23,997 nt of DNA, from NCBI GenBank assembly GCA_018985225.1, contig JADGIF010000063.1:1-23997 (forward strand). Reading direction: 5' to 3'. Of this stretch, positions 18,662 through 23,997 are shown piece by piece. How positions within the stretch are numbered: the first letter of the stretch is position 1; each line of letters opens with the position of its first letter. Below the pieces are notes generated by a model. The model was not told the DNA's origin, did not search any database, and saw only the letters and a list, made by a program, of their open reading frames with translations. The position numbers and the translations under genes were made by a program. The DNA is from Amoeboradix gromovi X-113 (lineage: Eukaryota > Fungi > Sanchytriomycota).

Positions 18662-19807
18662 TTATTTCATGTATGCTAAAACCTCATTAGTTAGAATAAA
18701 TATCAATGATTTCCTAATGTTGTCTATTGCTATAACATCTACTTCTTTATTTCTGTTTACGTGCCATACTAAAAAGTAGTCCAATTCAATAAAGTAAGGG
18801 GAGCTTGAATTAAAATACTTATTCGCAATTCTTCTCAAATCCTTTTGTGTGTATACAGCTAACAGCTCTTTCGAGGTCTCGGACAAAAAGTATAAATACT
18901 GAATAATGAAGGCTTGGCGGCAAATAACAAACAACTCTTGCCGCATCTCGCAGTTGTTCCATACGCGGTCGAACTTTGCCACAAAATGGTTCTTATCCAA
19001 ATTCCTATGAAGCAATACTGGAAGCGTTGTTGAACAAAAAACAAAAGCAGTGTTGAGTAAAAGAAATGACTCAGCAGGGAAGTAATGATCAAGTTTTTTG
19101 TAAAAAAAGAGAGACTCAAGTGTTATCAATGTCAAGTGTAGGGTCAAAACTACAAGTTTGATCTTATATTGCAAATTGAGCCTGAATATATCAACGGTGG
19201 TGTTGATTTCAAATAAAGATAGTCTGATTACAAAGAACAAGATGATGGAACCACTAAGTGACACGGAGAAAGAAATTGGTAGCAGACTGAAGCAGCGTTC
19301 CGCATGGTAGCCTTGCTTATAAACCTCATACTGGAACACTATTAATGTTATTAAGCTATTCAAAAGAATAAAAGAAATCCCAGATATCAATATTGAAAGT
19401 TTACAATGTCTATTTCTACTGATTAGTAAATCTACATTAATATCGAGTTGATTTTCTTCTCCAAGCGGGTACATTGTTGCTGAAAATCGTTTAATCGCGC
19501 GTTCAAATCTTGACATCCTGCCACTCATATTAGAGAGTAAAGGTACCATTTTTAATACCATTATAAAAGTGCACACTGCTATTGTTAATGAAGATATAAA
19601 ACTTTGGATTGCACACGTAAGCTTCCAATAGTACAAATCAGATTGAAAAACGTAATTTGTAATTCCATACATGATGTAGAAAGTTAAAGCAGTTAAGGTT
19701 AAACTTGGTTGGGTCTGCTTAATATGAACTCTTTGAGAATTAAGACTGTATGTAACTAATAGAACTAGATCAAGAATCACTTTCAAAGTCAAGACCCAGA
19801 TTCCCAT
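18662..19807 (-). CDS. Seven-TM protein with C-terminal RGS-like domain
   Basis: About 7 hydrophobic segments followed by FDRVWNN..MRQELF..C..AF..QYLYFL...IANKYF..SSPYFIEL, an RGS-box-like pattern. Confidence 0.65.
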   Translation of the reverse strand: MGIWVLTLKVILDLVLLVTYSLNSQRVHIKQTQPSLTLTALTFYIMYGITNYVFQSDLYYWKLTCAIQSFISSLTIAVCTFIMVLKMVPLLSNMSGRMSRFERAIKRFSATMYPLGEENQLDINVDLLISRNRHCKLSILISGISFILLNSLITLIVFQYEVYKQGYHAERCFSLLPISFSVSLSGSIILFFVIRLSLFEINTTVDIFRLNLQYKIKLVVLTLHLTLITLESLFFYKKLDHYFPAESFLLLNTAFVFCSTTLPVLLHRNLDKNHFVAKFDRVWNNCEMRQELFVICRQAFIIQYLYFLSETSKELLAVYTQKDLRRIANKYFNSSSPYFIELDYFLVWHVNRNKEVDVIAIDNIRKSLIFILTNEVLAYMK

Positions 19808-19853
19808 TCAATTCTGACCCTTCAAGGTTTTTGTATTTCATTTGGAGTTCCCC

Positions 19854-20426
19854 ATGAATAAACTTGCGCACTATGTTCACATTCCAAATTTGCGAGTATT
19901 CCCTAAAGAATTGCCGATTGAAATCATTCCCAACTTCATCAGTACAGCACAAGAAGATGAACTAACCAGTTTCTGCAATTTGAAATTAAAGAAGTTTAAA
20001 TATGAGTCCAACCATTTTGATAGTGTTATTACAAATTACAGGGAATGCATGGTCGATAAAGTGCCATTTCAGGATAAAATCATGTCCTACTTATCAAAAT
20101 TCAGCACCAATTGGCAAGCATTTCATATTCTTGATCTGCATAAGTCTGGCATTATATCTTATCACCTCGATAGCTATGCAGGACCTCATATTGCGGGATT
20201 GTGTCTAAAGAGCGATTCCGTTATGCATTTCAAAAGTACTAATTTGTCTACACATCCAATATCGGACATTTATCTTTTTCTTCCTCGAAGATCAATTTAC
20301 ATCCAGCACGGGTATGTCAGGGACTTTTACGAGCACGCCTTACTTAAATCGTATGATTGCGTGCTTCCTTCTCATTTCAATATTGAGAACTCCCAAAGAA
20401 TCAGCATTTTGATAAGAAATCCCTAA
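19854..20426 (+). CDS. ALKBH7: AlkB homolog 7-like Fe(II)/2-oxoglutarate dioxygenase
   Basis: YE..HFD.VI.NYRE, HILDL...G.I..HLD (HxD), IAGLCL.S.SVM, RRSIY, YEH and RISI..R. First ATG at 19854. Confidence 0.85.
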   Translation: MNKLAHYVHIPNLRVFPKELPIEIIPNFISTAQEDELTSFCNLKLKKFKYESNHFDSVITNYRECMVDKVPFQDKIMSYLSKFSTNWQAFHILDLHKSGIISYHLDSYAGPHIAGLCLKSDSVMHFKSTNLSTHPISDIYLFLPRRSIYIQHGYVRDFYEHALLKSYDCVLPSHFNIENSQRISILIRNP

Positions 20427-20442
20427 AATAAAAATAAATGAT

Positions 20443-21534
20443 TTACTGCAAATAAAATTGATGCTCAATGGTGTGCTCTACCTCCCAGTCTAAATGTACG
20501 TAAGCTCTTTCTACCTGAGGGTACTGCTCTAAGAAATCCTGCAAATTTTGGCCAACATCATGGGCTGTCTTCAATGGTAAGTCTGGTGATAAAACTATGT
20601 CTACTTCCACCAAGTAGTTATCACTTAAATGATAGCATCTAACTGTGTCTATTTGCAATATTAACTCATCAAAATGACAGCATAAGTAACAAACTTCATT
20701 GATAAAATCCTTATCGGCCGCCTTCCCTGTTATTACTGCTATTTGCTCTAGTCCTAGTTTGCCCCAGGTTGTAAGTATAAACAAACTCAGCAGCATACCA
20801 CCAAGTGGATCGATCCATATCTGAAGCGAATAATACGCTGCAAATCCCATTGAGAAACTCAGAATGTTAAATAACAAGTCGTTTCTGTGATCAATAGCCA
20901 ATGCATGTGCAGACGAGGATACAGCTGCGTATTTTTTGCAAATGAAGTACAGAGCAGACTTCACAAAGACAACATAAATCAGTAAACTTACACTAAAAGC
21001 ATCTAAACCAAGGTCTAATGGTACACTTTCATGGTTAGCAATCGCGACAAACTTCTTAAAAGCTTCAATCATAACTTGGATAGCAAAAGTGCTCATTACA
21101 GAGGAATACAAAATAATTCCAATGTTTTCAACGCGAGATCTACCAATCGGATAAGCATACTGATTTCGTTTGGACATGACTCTATGAGTTATAAACAAAA
21201 TACTGGTACTTACAAGATCCAGAACAGCGTCTAAACTAGCAGCCAATATGGCTAGAGACTTAGAGGAAATTGCTAAAATAACCATGCCAACAAATATCGT
21301 TATGGTGACTAGAAATGAGATGTAAATAAGCCATTTAGCATGTTCCTTGTTCATTTCATTGCTCTCATGCACGCTCAAATCTACGTATCCAAGTTTACCC
21401 AACAACCGTTGATACTTGTAGAGAACTGAATTTTGGTCTTTATAGAACTGTTGGAGCTTTTTACTACTGATTGCAACTAATTCTGCTGGGCTCCTCAAAT
21501 AGTTTAATGGATCAAACAACAACGTTGGCCGCAT
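20443..21534 (-). CDS. Cation diffusion facilitator, Mn-CDF (MTP8-11-like)
   Basis: ASLDAVLDL (DxxxD), YPIGRSRVE, DHRND, IDTVRCY, VEVDIVL, HDVG..LQ..LE..VERAYVH.D.E. The start is either 21534 (preferred) or 21660. Confidence 0.9.
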   Translation of the reverse strand: MRPTLLFDPLNYLRSPAELVAISSKKLQQFYKDQNSVLYKYQRLLGKLGYVDLSVHESNEMNKEHAKWLIYISFLVTITIFVGMVILAISSKSLAILAASLDAVLDLVSTSILFITHRVMSKRNQYAYPIGRSRVENIGIILYSSVMSTFAIQVMIEAFKKFVAIANHESVPLDLGLDAFSVSLLIYVVFVKSALYFICKKYAAVSSSAHALAIDHRNDLLFNILSFSMGFAAYYSLQIWIDPLGGMLLSLFILTTWGKLGLEQIAVITGKAADKDFINEVCYLCCHFDELILQIDTVRCYHLSDNYLVEVDIVLSPDLPLKTAHDVGQNLQDFLEQYPQVERAYVHLDWEVEHTIEHQFYLQ

Positions 21535-21706
21535 GCCTTGTTCCAAGGGATTTTTATGAGATGAATATAGTATACAAGAACTAGGCTCAAGACTGCATAT
21601 TAAGCATTTATGATTAGAAGTGAAGATAGTGTTAGTGTATACAAAGGACCGTGTCCGCATCGAAATGTGATTATAATCTGAAAAACTGTCATTTAGTAAT
21701 TATATT

Positions 21707-22116
21707 TGGGACACCGAATATAAAAACTAGACCAAGTCGTTTTTAAAGGAAGTGCTGCATAAGGAGGAAATGCTATTATTAACAAAAGTCGTCCTTCTTT
21801 CAAATCAATTTTATTTCATTAATGACATTCTTCTCTTTAAAATAAAACAGGATGACCCACTCTCTTTCAAATTTATAAGGTCTTTGAGTGTCTAAGCAAA
21901 AGGTGCACTATCTTAGACGATACTCTTTATCTGTTCCATTTTCTTTTTCTTCTTCTTATTAATCATTGTTTATAAGATTGTAATGGATGAAAAGCTTTTA
22001 TACTAAAATAATTTACTTGAGCAGATCAATTTAATTTACTATCAGTTAACATACACTTGATCTAATGATTCAAACTATTTCAGAAAGTAAGTCTAGTTTT
22101 TATATTTAATGTCCCA
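21707..22116. mobile_element. Non-autonomous TIR DNA transposon (MITE), copy 2
   Basis: TIRs 21707-21732 tgggacaccgaatataaaaactagac and 22091-22116 gtctagtttttatatttaatgtccca (23/26 complementary). Interior is homologous to copy 1 in inverted orientation. Confidence 0.85.
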
Positions 22117-22359
22117 CTTGTTTACGAACTGAGTAGTATCTTGTTGTACTTAAGAGTTATTAAACTTTATTGGCGCTTTTAAGAATGCAGGTGTGGATTC
22201 AGAAGTGCTTATAGAAAATATATTAAGAAATTGTGGTGGGCATAACAGCAAAATCTATGTACAAAGTATTCAAATTAAAAAGGAACTAAACGATAGTCGA
22301 GTTTAAATGAAAAAAACTATTTATCGTGATTAAATGTTATATCTCTCCAAAGTAGTGTC

Positions 22360-22904
22360 TATCTAGACATTTCTAACTGCAGAAGAGCTTGGTGACATCT
22401 CTTCTGATCGCAAACAGCCAACAATCTCATCTTGAATATGTCAAATCTAAGAGACGACTAATAAATAAAAGCGAACTCTTCCGCAAAACCAATCATATCT
22501 CTCAGCGCCGAAAAAGAGACCTCTATACAACATACCACACATTCAAAAATCGCCTTATTAGTCCTCAAAAGAGATGATCTATGTCCACGACTGATTTAAG
22601 GAGCGCTTGAAGTTCAAGCGTAAACAAGAAGTACGAAATTGGTTGAATGTTCTGAAGCATTTAGTGGTCAGGGACTTAAAGGTGTAGTACTCTGAATAAT
22701 AGCAATCTGGAGAGAAACATACACAAACTGCAGTTTGTAAGTATATAGAGACCATAAGACAGCAACCCACATACTCTTGAGTGCATGCATCCTTAACCAG
22801 TCCCACGTAAGGCTAGTGCAAGTGTGATCAACCACTGTAACGTAATGACGGGGATTTAGTTCTCTGAGGAGATTCATGATTTTCTAAAAACCAGATTTCT
22901 CAGG
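22360..22904 (+). pseudogene. Degraded IS607-like Fanzor2 element (copy D) with omegaRNA-like end
   Basis: Frameshifted FKERLKFKRKQ..KLVECSEAFSGQ..RCSTL..NLE..TNC..YRDH; tttaaggagcgcttgaagttcaagcgtaa matches 5448-5477. Scaffold tagtgcaagtgtgatcaaccactgtaacg..ttctctg..gattttc..aaaccag. Confidence 0.8.
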
Positions 22905-23054
22905 ATACAAAAACTGGGATATTTAAATACGCAGTTTTAGCTTTGAGACAGAGGTTTAAAGAGTTTGGCTAGTTTTCCTTTTGGTTCCCGCATATTTATC
23001 AATTACAGAGGTTTCTTCTAATTTTCCAAACAATAAAAATACTTGCAATTAACA

Positions 23055-23651
23055 ATGGAACCTGCGCTCTATTTTATATCTCAAGACTATGAATTTGAAT
23101 TTGTAGAACATTATTCTGAGTACTTAGAAAAGTTTCCTAGAATTAAAGCTGTACAACCGTTCATTTGGATGTTATTTTACTTAAACGGGACATCCGCCTT
23201 GGATAAATGGTTTGGAATTACCTGGAAAAGTGGTTATAAATCTTTTATGCTAGTAAGGTTTATACAAACACTGCTTATTTCTTTCAAAAAGAAGTTCTAT
23301 ATCTGCGATAGATTATACAGGTTGTCGCTTTCTTTGGATTTTATTTGCTTAGTAGGTTCGTTTTCTGGAATTACTCATGCAGTTTCGTTTCCACAATTTT
23401 TTTTAAGAAGGTCTTTAGATTTTACCGGTTACTCAGTCGGAATGGTAGTAAATAACCATCAGATAATTACCGAACATTATTATACTTTGATAGCTGTTGT
23501 ACTTCCGATTATATACTGGCTCAAGGATATGCTTAAAAAATCACTGAGACCGCCAAAGATAACAAAAGGTTGCAAATTTTGTGGGAAACAGGACATACTA
23601 ATGCCAACTGATGGTGCATGCTATGTTTGTTTAGCTTTGGCAAACGCATAG
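23055..23651 (+). CDS. Divergent peroxin PEX2-like protein with degenerate RING
   Basis: Pex2/Pex12-like hydrophobic region (VNNHQII...LIAVVLPII resembles MNRQL.W..LLFLLPLI) followed by CKFC..MP..CYVC. First ATG at 23055. Confidence 0.5.
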   Translation: MEPALYFISQDYEFEFVEHYSEYLEKFPRIKAVQPFIWMLFYLNGTSALDKWFGITWKSGYKSFMLVRFIQTLLISFKKKFYICDRLYRLSLSLDFICLVGSFSGITHAVSFPQFFLRRSLDFTGYSVGMVVNNHQIITEHYYTLIAVVLPIIYWLKDMLKKSLRPPKITKGCKFCGKQDILMPTDGACYVCLALANA

Positions 23652-23796
23652 AGTCTGCGAGCTATAGCAATGATTATAAATATCTTAATTGGATCAAGAA
23701 GGCGGAGGAGGCTTCAAAATAAATACCAGACAAAGTATCTCAACCAGTAATTTTCATAATACTAAAAGAAATAAATTTGTTTAAAGCACTCACTGT

Positions 23797-23997
23797 CTAG
23801 TCACCCCATTGGAATGGTGTACTCATCAATATCGACATCATATTTTGGCTTTTTAATGTTTTTATATAGCTAACAAATACATCTCTAATATTCAAACTAG
23901 CATTTTGATCAGGGTCAACATTTGAGAAGCATGATCCACATTTTCGCAACCTCTTTCGTTTTCCATATTCTTTACCATTCACATCCTTCTTACATTT
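23797..23997 (-). pseudogene. C-terminus of a second TnpB/Fanzor-family gene (Fanzor1-like), cut by the window edge
   Basis: KCKK...RLRKCGSCFSNVDPDQNASLNIRDVFVSYIK, i.e. Zn finger plus RuvC-III D(R>P)DxNAxxNI. A frameshifted KPKY follows, resembling the RPxY tail. No similarity to the copy A-D scaffold. Confidence 0.6.

Noticed and set aside
555-21234. Numerous short antisense or alternate-frame ORFs (e.g. 555-779, 2999-3424, 7160-7555, 13189-13548, 14290-14976, 21031-21234)
   Set aside because: They are shadows of well-supported genes and have no recognisable motifs.
1-23997. CRISPR array, tRNA or rRNA genes, or an alternative genetic code
   Set aside because: No regularly spaced direct repeats or cloverleaf/rRNA signatures were seen; conserved genes end at TAA/TAG/TGA at the expected positions and lack in-frame stops.

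Overview
AT-rich, very gene-dense eukaryotic (fungus-like) genomic DNA with 16 apparently intronless protein genes in the standard genetic code. They are a histidine phosphatase, complex I subunit NDUFB11/ESSS, SmF, an HExxH metalloprotease, MOB, RFC1, NDOR1/Tah18, an orphan zinc-ribbon protein, NBP35, SF3B3/RSE1, IBA57, OSBP/Osh, 7TM-RGS, ALKBH7, Mn-CDF and a divergent PEX2-like gene. Convergent genes are only 15-18 bp apart. The larger head-to-head intergenic regions hold remnants of a eukaryotic RNA-guided OMEGA system: five + strand copies of one IS607/Fanzor2-type element (about 3750-4055, 5049-5095, 5205-5766, 11866-12007, 22360-22904). In these copies the nuclease ORF is decayed or deleted, while the 3' omegaRNA-like scaffold is retained with compensatory base-pair changes and a different 3' flank (putative guide) per copy. 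One copy is an almost pure omegaRNA cassette about 35 bp upstream of NBP35. Two copies of a 26-bp-TIR MITE lie next to the Fanzor remnants, and a different, Fanzor1-like C-terminus enters at the right edge. All assignments come from motif recognition and by-eye alignment; no database searches were run.
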